Program-made: the position numbers and the translations under genes | Notes under the pieces: generated by a model | The model's input: only the letters and a program-made list of their open reading frames with translations | What the model was told of the DNA's origin: nothing | The model's database searches: none | Part shown: piece after piece, positions 29,441 to 39,239 of the stretch | Position numbering within the stretch: position 1 is the stretch's first letter | Layout of the letters: the number at the start of each line of letters is the position of its first letter | NCBI GenBank assembly: GCA_965198005.1 | Contig: CBDAOI010000003.1 | Coordinates: 992,001-1,056,000, forward strand | Source: Spirochaetia bacterium | Lineage (GTDB): Bacteria > Spirochaetota > Spirochaetia > SZUA-6 > Bin103 | DNA length: 64,000 nucleotides | Reading direction: 5' to 3'

Positions 29441-30312
29441 TTCGCCGGCTCGCGGCCGAGGCGGCCCGCACCACCCCGCAGCCGCGGGTCGAGCAGGTCC
29501 CGCACCGCGTCGCCGAACATGTTCAGGCTGTAGACCAGCACGGTCAGGAAGATTCCCGGCCAGAACGCCAGCCACGGCGCCTGCTCCATGTACTCACGCC
29601 CCTCGCGGCTCAGCAGACCGCCCCAGCTCGGAATGTCCACCGGCAGACCGAAGCCGAGAAAGCTCAGCGACGCCTCGCTGATGATCACCCCACCGATGCT
29701 GATACTGAAGACGATGATTACCGGAGCGACGATGTTGGGCACGACGTGCCGAATGAGTGTCTTCCACCTCGATGAGCCAATCGCCTCGGCCGCCTGAAAA
29801 TAGACATTCTCCTTGATGGCGATGACGGCGCTTCTGACCACCCTGGAGTCGCCGATGCCGCCGCTTACCCCCAAGACCACGATGGTCTGTGCCAGACCTT
29901 GCCCCGCGATAGACATGATGGTCAACAGGATCAGCAGTCCCGGTATGGATACCCAGGCATCGACGAATCGCTGCACCGCCAAGTCCAACTTGCCGCCAAG
30001 AAATCCGGACGTGCCGCCGACCAGCAGGGCGACCACGACGTTGAGGGCGGTTGCAGCCAGACCAACGGTCAGCGAGACACGAGCGCCGTAGATCAGGCGG
30101 GTCAGCAGGTCTCGTCCGACATGATCGGTGCCGAGCAGAAAGCGAGCCGAGGGGCCGGCGAGCCGGTCGGCCAGGCTCATCTCCCGATATCCATAGGGAG
30201 CCAGGACATCCGCAAAGATAGCCGCGACAATGAACAGTACGATGATGATTCCACAGGCGGTCCCCAAGGGCTTCTCTTTCCACAGCCTGACGAAGGACAA
30301 GGACCAACGCAA
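29404..30312 (-). CDS. DppC-like ABC permease (both ends at junctions)
   Basis: KEKPLG, LGTDHVGRDLL, RHVVPNIVAP, EASLSFLG, NMFGDAVRDLLDPRLRG; its 5' end abuts an SBP signal-peptide fragment MTYIVSITRAFAVALVLV (30349-30296). Confidence 0.85.
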   Translation of the reverse strand: MRWSLSFVRLWKEKPLGTACGIIIVLFIVAAIFADVLAPYGYREMSLADRLAGPSARFLLGTDHVGRDLLTRLIYGARVSLTVGLAATALNVVVALLVGGTSGFLGGKLDLAVQRFVDAWVSIPGLLILLTIMSIAGQGLAQTIVVLGVSGGIGDSRVVRSAVIAIKENVYFQAAEAIGSSRWKTLIRHVVPNIVAPVIIVFSISIGGVIISEASLSFLGFGLPVDIPSWGGLLSREGREYMEQAPWLAFWPGIFLTVLVYSLNMFGDAVRDLLDPRLRGGAGRLGREPAKRPPAGFRRGRP

Positions 30313-30876
30313 CCGCGAAGGCCCTTGTAATGCTTACGATATAGGTCATGGTATTCTCCCTTTCTTGAGCTATTTGGGGAGCTTGACAGGACGGTGGCTC
30401 GGCCATCGGACCAGCCGGTGCCGCGGCTAGCGCGCATCTGTCGTCGACAACTGTGGTCGGGCACAGATGTGTCGGTTGTCTGTATAGAGGCGCCGGCAAC
30501 GCCGGCTGGTGTGCACCGGTGGAGTTTGCGGCCGACGCGGTCGGCCGTTGGACGCACAGATGCGTGGCGGCTGTGCGCCACACGCATCAATGGTGCCGCG
30601 GTCAGCACCGGCGCCGCGAGGTCGGCTGCTGCGCGGCTAGCGGTAGTCGGTAGTCGGTAGTCGGCGGCTGGGCTGCATGCTGTCAGTGCCCATTCGCGGA
30701 CGAATGTACGCGGCCGCCCAAATCCGTGTCAAGCGCGACCCAACGCGCTCGTCACGCTACGTCACCGCCAACCGACCACTGCGCTGACTGTCATCATGCC
30801 GCTTCATCCTCATCCGTCGAACCTCAGGCAAGGCAAGCCCGCTATAGGCGCGGCCACCCTGTCAACGACTCGGAGG

Positions 30877-31150
30877 TCAGCGAACGCCAGAGGGCTTACG
30901 CACCGCGTAGGGGCGCTGCGCACGCATGCGACGGGTTACCTTCCGTCCGCGGGGCGCTTCTTTGAGCCTACCGGTCTGCTTGAGGTGCCGCAGGATGCGT
31001 CCGACGGTGGAGGTCGAGGTGCTGTGCCCCTCCTGGCGCACCAGCCACGCCAGCTTGTCCTTGCCCCAGCGTGGGTACTGCCGGCGCAGCTGCAGGACCG
31101 CTTCCACCAGTTGGGCTGACCAAGCGGGCCTGCACACCCGGTTCGGCCGC
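30877..31150 (-). mobile_element. IS481-like transposase fragment
   Basis: VEAVLQLRRQYPRWGKDKLAWLVRQEGHSTSTSTVGRILRHLK...RPYAVRKP HTH region; no catalytic core present. Confidence 0.7.
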
Positions 31151-31169
31151 GAGGAGCGATCCCCCCTTG

Positions 31170-31340
31170 TCCCGAATTCAAGAGGACCCGAGAATCGATC
31201 CGCGCATGAAGCAGGTCTTCGGCGCCTTCCCCGCGCCGGTGAATCCGGGCGATGCAACGAGCCGGGAGCAGCTTGTCGAGGAGGCCAACTCCGAGGAAGC
31301 CGCCGCGATGCGTCAACGGTGGGATGCCTTCCTGGAGCGG
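31170..31340 (+). pseudogene. Possible N-terminal fragment of an alpha/beta hydrolase (esterase)
   Basis: SRIQEDPRIDPRMKQVFGAFP...SREQLVEEANSEEA resembles N-termini I recall for esterases; no catalytic part present. Confidence 0.35.
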
Positions 31341-31402
31341 ACAATATCCACAAGCAATCTCACCCCTCCCCCGGACCCCCTCCCCATTTACCGCCGCCTC
31401 CG

Positions 31403-33474
31403 TTACACTCCTTCTGCACTGCTTGGGTGGGTCAAAAACCGACCGGCGTTTTGGCTCACTTTCCGACCGGCGCGCGCAGCCGGGTTTGTTGTGACCACCT
31501 CGACCCAACCGATCAGCTTAGCGGAATAGCCGCCGTTCTCGGGGACGAGGCCGCGGTGGCTCAGTTCACGCTGGATCATAGGCTCGATGGTGCCATGCAG
31601 GAGTTCGCGGCGATGTTCCAGGGAGAGGATAGCCGGGCCGGGGTGCCGGATCAGCAGCTCGATGCCCAGACGCTCCAGCTTCGGGACACGTCTGCCTTCC
31701 GCTGTGACGGCAAGCGACTGCACGAAGGAGCGCTGCTCTCCGTCCTTGCCCTCGGCGCGGATCAGCCACCAGGAGGCGACTGCCGGACCTTCGTCGCCAG
31801 CCACCGCGACCCCGAGCATTTCTGCATCAAGGGCCTGCCAGCGCTGCAGCGCTGCGGACATGAGCGGATGGTCGAGTCCCATGAGCTCGATCCCCTCTTG
31901 TTCGCGAGAAAGTTCCCGGTCGGTAGTGAAGCGGAGCTCCGAGTTCTCAGCCTCGGGCAGGATGGTGAAGACCCTTTCATCGAGCCGCTTCACCCGGCGG
32001 CCCTGTTCCGACAGCGCAGCCCGCAGGAATCGGACGACGCGGTCGAATCCGGCGGCTACGTTGGCGAATGGCTGGTAGTCTTCTAGGGAGAAGCCGTCGA
32101 GATCCTGGAACAACTCGAACACCACTTTGCGTGCCTCAGTGGCATTCGCCATCGCCGAATCGAGTTCCTGCTCCGTGCGCCGCAGCTCGGGGTCGGAAAG
32201 TGCCTCGCGATAGAGGGTGTCGTAGGTCAGACGCTCCGAGAGTTGTCCGAGTACCTGCGTTCGCAAATCTTCGGCGACATTGCCCTGCTCGTCGACCTTG
32301 CCAAGCGTACGCGCAATTTCCTTGAGCTTGTCCATGAGCAGCAGGAAGATTCTGCCCTCGATGGTGTCCGATAGTACAAGGTTGTAGACTTGCGCGGTGT
32401 GTTGCTGGCCGTAGCGGTGGATCCGTCCGATGCGCTGCTCCACGTCCATCGGGTTCCAAGGAAGATCGAAGTTGAACAGCACGCGGGCAACTTGAAGGTT
32501 GATGCCTTCCCGTCCAGCGGCGGTGCATACGAGCGCTCGCGGTCCGTCGGGGTTCTTGAAGCGGCGTTCGGCTGCAAGCTTTGCACCGTGGTCGCCGCCA
32601 CGGAGCACGACCACGCCCTGTCCGGGATACGCGCGCTCGATTTCACTCCCGATCAGATCCACCGTGCCGAGATACGTAGCGAAGATGACGACCCTTTCCC
32701 TGAGATTCTGCTCCCACAGGGCGCCAAGACCGCGTAGCAGTTTCTCCACCTTCGTCTCTCGGGTTTGGGGAAAGCGTTGCAGCAGTTCGCGAATCCGCTG
32801 CCGCTCCTCCGGCAGCGCCAAGCTGACCGCCATGGTAGCTGCGTCTTCACCTGCTGCTGCAGCCTCTCTCCAGAACCGGAATCCGACGCCATTGCAAGCT
32901 CGTCTTCGTCCATGCGCTTGAGTAGACGGACCCTTTGCGTGGCCAGGATTGCGTCGACCTGGCCCTGGGAAACCGGATCGTCTCTGGCGATGCCATGCTC
33001 GTCGTGAATGAGATCCCGGGCTTGGTCGTGGAGCTGGTTGCGCGCGTCGATGTCGAGTTGCTGGTCCTTGATGATCGCCTCGTGCAGCGTGAGCATCAGC
33101 AACCGACGGCGCAGTGTGCGGCGCACTGCGGCGAAACTGGAGGCGGCGATCTTCTGGAAGATGGTCATCACGAAACCGAGGGCTCGCCCCTGATTGCCCT
33201 GTCGCTTCGCCAGGGCGAAGCCCTCCTCCAGGTACTCGCGCAGCGCCAGATAGAAGGCGCCCTCCTCCTTCGTCATGGTGAACGACTCGGTGTGCACTCC
33301 CCGGCGCGCGAACAGCGGCGACCCATCAGGCTTGCTGGCGTCGGCCTTGGTGCGGCGGAACACGACCGCATTGAGGCGATGTCGTTGGGCGACCATGTCT
33401 GCCGCGGTAGCGAAGAGTGTCGGGTTCAACAGCTGCATCAGCATCCAGAACCGAAAGTGATCGCCCTGGTGGGG
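31403..33474 (-). pseudogene. SNF2/RapA-like (DrmD-like) helicase, C-terminal two thirds, frameshifted near 32865
   Basis: PHQGDHFRFW, VFRRTK, RVVIFATY, CTAAGREGINLQ, FDLPWNPMDVEQRIGRIHRYGQ (motif VI). Confidence 0.9.
31428..31478 (+). mobile_element. Terminal end of an IS21-family element (different from the one at 33.8-36.3 kb)
   Basis: Two repeats with 24-bp period, TGGGTCAAAAACCGACCGGCG (31428-48) and TGGCTCACTTTCCGACCGGCG (31452-72), ending in ...GCGCA (31478). Confidence 0.65.
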
Positions 33475-33717
33475 CCGACCGGAAATCGAACGCCTTCGCC
33501 AAGCACGATCGGCTTATCGCCAGCATCGACACCCTGAAGCGCCGCGCCCGCGTACGCCGTCTCCTTGACGCGCCGCGCTGGGACCTCGTCGTCTTCGATG
33601 AGGCGCATCACCTCACGGCTCACCGAACGGGGCGCAAGGTGCGCAAGACGGAGAACTACAAGCTGGCCGAGGCACTGAAGGACCACACGCGCGATCTGGT
33701 CCTGCTGTCGGCGACGC
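33475..33717 (+). pseudogene. Inverted internal block of the same helicase (motifs II-III)
   Basis: Plus strand reads RKSNAFAKHDRLIASIDTLK...VVFDEAHHL...LVLLSAT, which should directly precede PHQG on the minus strand. Confidence 0.85.
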
Positions 33718-33855
33718 TCGTGCCCGCTCCTGTCCGAGCGGTGCCGCGCGACCGGCGAGCGGCTCTTGGACCTCCGGAGCGCCGCGACGCGCCCCGGCAA
33801 CGGCCCATCCCCCCCGCGCACGCGGCGACTGACGGTTGTCCGGCTTTCGTGGCCC

Positions 33856-34617
33856 CTAGCCCAGCCGCTCGGCTGAGTCACGGTCGGCACGTTGGGCATA
33901 CAGCTTGCGGACGGATTCTCCTTCGAGGTTGATGCGGTGGGCGCCGTGCACGATGCGATCACAGATCGCGTCGGCGATGGTGGGCTCGCCGATTACCTCA
34001 TGCCAGGACGACACCGGCAACTGCGACACCATCAGGGTCGAGGCTCGACCGTGGCGATCTTCGAGCATCTCCAGCAGTGCCAGACGCGCCAGTCCGTCCA
34101 GCGGCTCCAGCGCGAAGTCATCGATGACCACCAATGCCTGCTTCTTGATCTTCTCCAGCTCCCGGACGTAGCTGCCGTCAGCCTTGGCCAGGCGGAGTTC
34201 TCCGAACAGCCGCGCGGCCGCGTAGTAGCCGACCCGGAAGCCGCGCAGACACGCTTGGTGGCCCAGCGCGGAGGCCAGATAGCTCTTCCCGGAACCGCAT
34301 TTGCCGGTGATGATGAGGTCCTGGTGGTGCTGCACCCAGCGGCAGTCGGCCAGCCGCAGCAGTTGGTTCTTGTCCAGGTTGCGGCTCAGCGCGAAGTCCA
34401 CCTCCTCGATGGCGGCCAGGTAGCGAAAGTGGGCCGCCTTCAGCAGCCGCTGCAGGCGCCGCGCATGTCGGTCGTCCCACTCGGCATCCACCAGGTGGGC
34501 CAGCAGCTCGTCGGCGGTCCACTGGGCTGAGCTCTCCAGGGTGGTGCGCAGCGCTCGTGCCATGCCGTGCAGGCGCATCTGGTCGAGCTTGTGCAGGGTG
34601 GCTTGGTTATTGGTCAT
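33856..34617 (-). CDS. istB: IS21-family helper ATPase IstB
   Basis: ITGKCGSGKSYLASALG, VVIDDFAL, IADAICDRIVHGAHRINLEGESVRK. Confidence 0.95.
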   Translation of the reverse strand: MTNNQATLHKLDQMRLHGMARALRTTLESSAQWTADELLAHLVDAEWDDRHARRLQRLLKAAHFRYLAAIEEVDFALSRNLDKNQLLRLADCRWVQHHQDLIITGKCGSGKSYLASALGHQACLRGFRVGYYAAARLFGELRLAKADGSYVRELEKIKKQALVVIDDFALEPLDGLARLALLEMLEDRHGRASTLMVSQLPVSSWHEVIGEPTIADAICDRIVHGAHRINLEGESVRKLYAQRADRDSAERLG

Positions 34618-34627
34618 CGTCGGTACC

Positions 34628-36183
34628 TCAGTTGTAGTAGTGGCTGCCGCGCACGTTGTCATGGCGGGGGAAGTTCAGCTGCGGTTGGTCGTGCTCCTCC
34701 TCCAGGCCCAGCTTCAGCATGTTCTGAATCCGGCGGTAGGAGCACAGCCCGTAGGAGAGCGCCCGCTGGCAGGCCCGATCGAGGCGCGGTGCGCCATAGC
34801 TCTTCTCCAGGTTCAGGATGCCCAGGCAGGCACGAACCCCTGGGGCGGGTACTTGGCGTCCTTGAGCACCTTTGCGATCACGGCCTCCACGTTGCGGCCC
34901 AGCGCCCGCCCCCAGCGCAGAAATCGTTCCGGGCTCCACTCGGCATACCACCGGTGCTGCGGCGGCATGTGGTCGGGCAGCGTGGTGTAGCCACCCGCAC
35001 GACGATCGCGCTGGTACTCGACCAAGCGCACGTTGTCGTAGTGGATCGAGACGGTGCGCTCGTCGTAGAGCAGCTTGACCTTGGTGCGCGGATCGCGGGT
35101 GCGCAGGTGCCAGGGCACGCTGTAGTAGTGCCGGTCTTCGCGCAGCTCCACGTGATAGTTGAACTGGACCGTCACTTCCCGGATCTGCTGCAGCGGGAAG
35201 TGGTGCCGAGGCAACGGCTTCAGGGTGTGCCGCTCGATCTGCTCGAACAGCTCGCGCCGTGAGTAGGGCAGGCGCTGAAAGCGGCGCGCGTTGTGCTGCT
35301 CCAGCAGCGGCCTGATCGCCGCGTTGAGTTCATCGAGGGAGTGGAAGGTGCGGTCCCGCAACGGCGCGTAGATGCGCTGATAGATCAGCCGTACGGCGTT
35401 CTCGACCAGCGCCTTGTCCCGGGCCCGCCGGACGCGGGCGGGCATGATGACTACCCCGTAGTGCTGGGCGAAGGCGTCGAACTGGGGGTTGATGCCCGGT
35501 TCGTAGGGGTCTGAGCGACTGACCGCGCTGCGCAGGTTGTCCGGGATGATCACCTCGGTGCCGCCGCCGTAGTAGTGCAGCGCCCGCTCGTTGGAGCGGG
35601 CCCAGTCCTCGCCTTGTTGCGTGGCGCTGGCCTCCACATAGGTCAGTTCGCTGGCCGCGAGGATTGCCACGAACGTTTCCACCGGCTGCCCCGCGCCGCT
35701 GTCTGGGTCCACGATGGCCAGCTTGTCGCCGGCGTAGTCGACGAACAGCTTCTCCCCGGCCTTGTGGTCGATGTGCATGCCCACCTCGGTGCCCTTGCGC
35801 CAGAGGTGGAAATGATGGCAGAACTGGCTGCTCTGGTAGCCGTCAGGGTGCGCGCGCTGGTACTCCTCCCAGAGCAACTGCAGCGTTACTCCCTTGCGCC
35901 GCAGCTCCTTGACCATCGTCGGAAACCGTTCGGCCAGTCGCTCATAGCGCGCGTTCGTCTCCGGGGCGCGCGTGCCCTCCAATACGGTCAGCAGCTTGCT
36001 GTCGGGCAGCTCCTGCGCCTGCTCCCAGCTCAGTCCGCTGCCGCGGAACCACTCCAGGTACTTCGCCACCACCGTGCGCGAGACCTTCAGCGCTCGTCCA
36101 ATCGCTCGCTCACTGAGCTCGGTGGTCACCCCGTAGCGGATGACCTCTTTGATCTTCTCCACGCGAATCCTCCTGCGTGCCAT
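34628..36183 (-). CDS. istA: IS21-family transposase IstA (1-bp frameshift near 34833)
   Basis: HKAGEKLFVDYAG, IIPDNLRSAV, PARVRRARDKALVENAV, HYYSVP; C-terminus ...HDNVRGSHYYN continues in the next frame; ATG 36183 with AGGAGG. Confidence 0.93.
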
Positions 36184-36454
36184 GCGACTCCCTCCTATAA
36201 GGTTTTGGGGGGAGCGTAGCGGAGGGTCGGCCGACCCCGTCCGGAAATCAGCCTCCAAGTGGCTTTTTTCCGCCGGACGGGTGGCTTTTTATTTCCGGAC
36301 GGCTGGCTCTCTCAAAACGGAATCAGTGGCTTTTTTGCACCGGAATCTGCACCTTCATCGCGCGCCCCACCGCAGCGGGCGAGGCGGGTGCGGTAGGGGC
36401 GGCGGCAGAGGCGGGTGCGGCGGTGGACGGTTTCCAATTGGATAAGGTGTCTTC

Positions 36455-36502
36455 GTGAGAGCCTATATCATCAGGCGGCTATTGCTGATCCTGCCCACGC
36501 TG
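36455..36502 (+). pseudogene. dppB N-terminal micro-fragment
   Basis: Translates VRAYIIRRLLLILPTL, matching starts of 38110..39078 and 46597..47550. Confidence 0.7.
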
Positions 36503-36518
36503 GAAGCTGCCGCGGCAG

Positions 36519-36764
36519 TCAGGCCGCCACGTGTTCCCACTGGATAACCTCGACCACGGTGTGCTTCCGGCGGGCCTCGGCGACGATGGTCTCCAGGCGC
36601 GCCGCCACGGCATCTTCGATCCAGGCCTCGCCGCACTGCGAGCAGACCCGTGCCGGAACTCCGCGGACGACGACGACTCCGGTCTTCAGATCCACGGCAA
36701 AGACCGTCGTGCCCGGTTCCTGCGGCCCCCCGCACAGGGCACATCTGCCCTCGTTCGACTTCAT
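36519..36764 (-). CDS. YgiT-type zinc-finger protein (MqsA N-terminal-like antitoxin)
   Basis: CALCGG...VVVRGVPARVCSQCGEAWI; ATG 36764 overlaps the upstream stop. Confidence 0.85.
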   Translation of the reverse strand: MKSNEGRCALCGGPQEPGTTVFAVDLKTGVVVVRGVPARVCSQCGEAWIEDAVAARLETIVAEARRKHTVVEVIQWEHVAA

Positions 36765-37091
36765 TAAGTCCTCCTTCGCGTCTTGTAGTCCGCCTCGAAA
36801 TGCTCCAGATCCGGCCGGTAGGCGGTGATCACGTAGCCGATGCCCGCTTCTACACCGACGGCCGCGACAACGTGGAGGGGTTGCTCTCCCATGTGCAACA
36901 AGAGGCAGCTTGGAAGCGGCCTGTCCGTAAGGTACGGCTCGATCACCTGTCCCTTCAAGATAGCGCCTACCTACGACCTCTTCGCGGGAAATGCTCCGCT
37001 CCAGCATCCGTTCCAGGGCGTGAAGCTGCCATCGGATCCTCCCCAGCGCCACAGCATCGCGCAGAGCCGCGAGGTCGAACTCATGCGCCAT
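36764..37091 (-). CDS. DUF4258 domain protein (putative toxin), frameshifted near 36965
   Basis: WQLHALERMLERSISREEV, then shifted GQVIEPYLTDRPLPSCLLL...PLHVVAA...VITAYRPD. Confidence 0.85.
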
Positions 37092-37165
37092 CGAGTGCCT
37101 CATTCAGACTGCGGCTACCGGTGACGGGGCTCATTCCGTCACCTCCGCCAGCATGGTCGACTCGC

Positions 37166-38059
37166 CTAATAAGCCGATCTGGCCTCTTGCGCACCCAGAC
37201 GCCCCGCACCACCCCTCAGCCGCGGGTCGAGCAGGTCGCGCACCGCGTCGCCGAACATGTTCAAACAGTAAACGACAATGGTCAGGCAAACACCAGGCCA
37301 GATCGCCAGCCAGGGGGCCACCTCCATGTATTTGCGCCCTTCCCTGCTGAGCATACCTCCCCAGCTGGGAATCTGGACCGGCAGTCCGTATCCGAGGAAG
37401 CTAAGGGCGGCCTCGGAAATAATCACCCCCCCGATGTTGATGCTGAAGATGATGATGACACTCGCCATAATATTGGGCAGCACATGGCGCAACAGGATTT
37501 GGGTCGTGGGGGTGCCAACCGCCCTGGCTGCCAGGAAATAGTCATTGTCTTTAACACCGATAACGGCGCTTCTGACTATTCTCGAAGCGGCAATGCCTCC
37601 GAGGATCCCCAGGACCACGATGATCTGCGGCAAACCCCGCCCCACGATGGACATGACGGTTAACAAGATGAGCAGTCCCGGGAAGGCCATCCAGGCATCG
37701 ACAAACCGCTGCACCACCAGGTCCAGTTTGCCGCCAATAAACCCTGAAATGCCGCCTATCAGGACAGCAACGACGACAATGAGCATAGTCGCTGACAGAC
37801 CGACGACCAACGAAAGCCGAGCCCCGACGATAAGGCGGCTCAATAGGTCTCGCCCCAACTGGTCGGTCCCCAGGAGATACCGGGCTGATGGGCCAGTCAG
37901 CTTGTCTGCCAAGTGTCGCTCACTATATACGTAGGGTGATAGAACGTCTCCAAAGATAGCGACAATGATCAAGATCAAGATGATCATCCCGCTGATAGCA
38001 CCTAGTGGCTTCTCCTTGACCATCCTGATAAAGAAATCGGCCACCCTGCTACCTCTCAT
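37166..38059 (-). CDS. Dpp/Opp ABC permease DppC-like
   Basis: Intact BPD_transp_1 pattern (LGTDQLGRDLL, EAA-like DYFLAARAVG, EAALSFLG). Ancestral start is probably 38117 (see findings). Confidence 0.93.
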   Translation of the reverse strand: MRGSRVADFFIRMVKEKPLGAISGMIILILIIVAIFGDVLSPYVYSERHLADKLTGPSARYLLGTDQLGRDLLSRLIVGARLSLVVGLSATMLIVVVAVLIGGISGFIGGKLDLVVQRFVDAWMAFPGLLILLTVMSIVGRGLPQIIVVLGILGGIAASRIVRSAVIGVKDNDYFLAARAVGTPTTQILLRHVLPNIMASVIIIFSINIGGVIISEAALSFLGYGLPVQIPSWGGMLSREGRKYMEVAPWLAIWPGVCLTIVVYCLNMFGDAVRDLLDPRLRGGAGRLGAQEARSAY

Positions 38060-38084
38060 TGGCTCGATCTCTCATTGGCTCGAT
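38053..38084. repeat. 16-bp tandem duplication CTCTCATTGGCTCGAT x2
   Basis: Exact copies at 38053-38068 and 38069-38084. Confidence 0.95.
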
Positions 38085-38109
38085 TGCTGGTGATGGCATC
38101 CCGGTGGCG

Positions 38110-39078
38110 TCACTCATATCGGACCCTGGGGTCTAGGTACGGATAAATCAGATCGATAAGCAGATTGGCGCCTACAACCATGGTGGCGAAAACCAGATTC
38201 ACTCCAGAGACCACCGGGTAGTCTCGTTCCTCGAGTGCACTCACCATAAGACGACCTAACCCCGGCAGAACGAAAATTTGCTCCAAGATAACCGAGCCAC
38301 CTATCAGGAGGGGGAGCTGCAGGCCTACGAGCGTGACTACCGGGATGAGGGCATTCTTGACGGCGTGTCGGATCACCACAGCCCGCTCCCTGAGCCCCTT
38401 GGACCAGGCGGTCCTGATATAGTCCTGCCGGAGCACCTCCAGCATCATGGTGCGGGTCATGCGCATTGTGCTTGCAGCCAGGGCCGTCCCCAGAATCAGG
38501 CTGGGAATGAGGAACATTCCGAGATTCCCCAGCGGGTCTTCCGTGAAAGGAATCAGCACCATCGACGGCGACCATCCCCACCAGATCGCCGGGAAAATCA
38601 TGACCATGGTTCCCAGCCAGAAGTTGGGCGTTGCCATGCCGATGATGGCGGCAGAGCGCCCTACGTAGTCGGCGGCTGTATCCTGGCGGATCGCCGAGTA
38701 GATGCCCACCGGCAGCGCAATCAGGAGCCCGATCACGATTGCCATGAGGCCAAGCTCGATGGTCACCGGCAATCTTTCAAGTATCTGATCCTCTACCGAA
38801 AAGGTGCCAAACAGCGATTCGCCGAGGGTGCCGCGGAAAAAAATGCCACTCATCCAGCGTCCATACTGCACCCACACAGGCACGTCCAATCCAAGTGCAC
38901 GCATGAGAGCTTCACGGTCTATCTCGAGTGTAGAACCAGGGGCCTGGGCTTCCATCCGAGCTTCTATTATGTCTATTACGTTGCCCGGAAGGAACCGGAC
39001 CAAGAGAAAAACGAAGATGGTCAGCAAGAACAAGGTGGGGATTATGAGCAATAACCGCCTGACCACATAGGCTCTCAT
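38110..39078 (-). CDS. Dpp/Opp ABC permease DppB-like
   Basis: MRAYVVRRLL..., QDYIRTAWSKGL, RHAVKNALIP, DPRVRY; 322 aa, intact. Confidence 0.95.
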   Translation of the reverse strand: MRAYVVRRLLLIIPTLFLLTIFVFLLVRFLPGNVIDIIEARMEAQAPGSTLEIDREALMRALGLDVPVWVQYGRWMSGIFFRGTLGESLFGTFSVEDQILERLPVTIELGLMAIVIGLLIALPVGIYSAIRQDTAADYVGRSAAIIGMATPNFWLGTMVMIFPAIWWGWSPSMVLIPFTEDPLGNLGMFLIPSLILGTALAASTMRMTRTMMLEVLRQDYIRTAWSKGLRERAVVIRHAVKNALIPVVTLVGLQLPLLIGGSVILEQIFVLPGLGRLMVSALEERDYPVVSGVNLVFATMVVGANLLIDLIYPYLDPRVRYE

Positions 39079-39171
39079 GCGCTACACCTCATTATCGCGA
39101 TTCCCACGTTATGCTTTCATCATTGCCACCCGTCTTTTGTCATCACGAGCCGCGATTCTGCTCAATAAGTT

Positions 39172-39206
39172 AGGGAGCTGGGAAGCCTGTGCCTCCGCAG
39201 CTCCCT
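39172..39206. terminator. Stem-loop between SBP and dppB (mRNA-stabilising or terminator-like)
   Basis: AGGGAGCTG (39172-80) / CAGCTCCCT (39198-206) inverted repeat followed by TTT. Confidence 0.5.
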
Positions 39207-39239
39207 TTTCCATGAGATCAGCTACAAAGGGTCAAACGC

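Larger units (their letters stand above)
33856..36351 (-). mobile_element. IS21-family insertion sequence; left end present, right end not found
   Basis: Minus strand begins TGCAGATTCCGG at 36351; GTGGCTTTTT repeats at 36259, 36281 and 36326, plus a degenerate copy near 36303 (22-23 bp spacing). Confidence 0.9.

Noticed and set aside
30642-30664. GGTAGTC x3 microsatellite
   Set aside because: Short, intergenic, with no functional context.
31403-33717. Calling a DISARM system from the DrmD-like helicase
   Set aside because: No drmA, drmB, drmC or cognate methylase adjacent; the helicase is broken.
36259-36351. Regularly spaced repeats as a possible CRISPR array
   Set aside because: Period of 22-23 bp, no unique spacers and no cas genes; they are IstA-binding repeats of the IS21 end.
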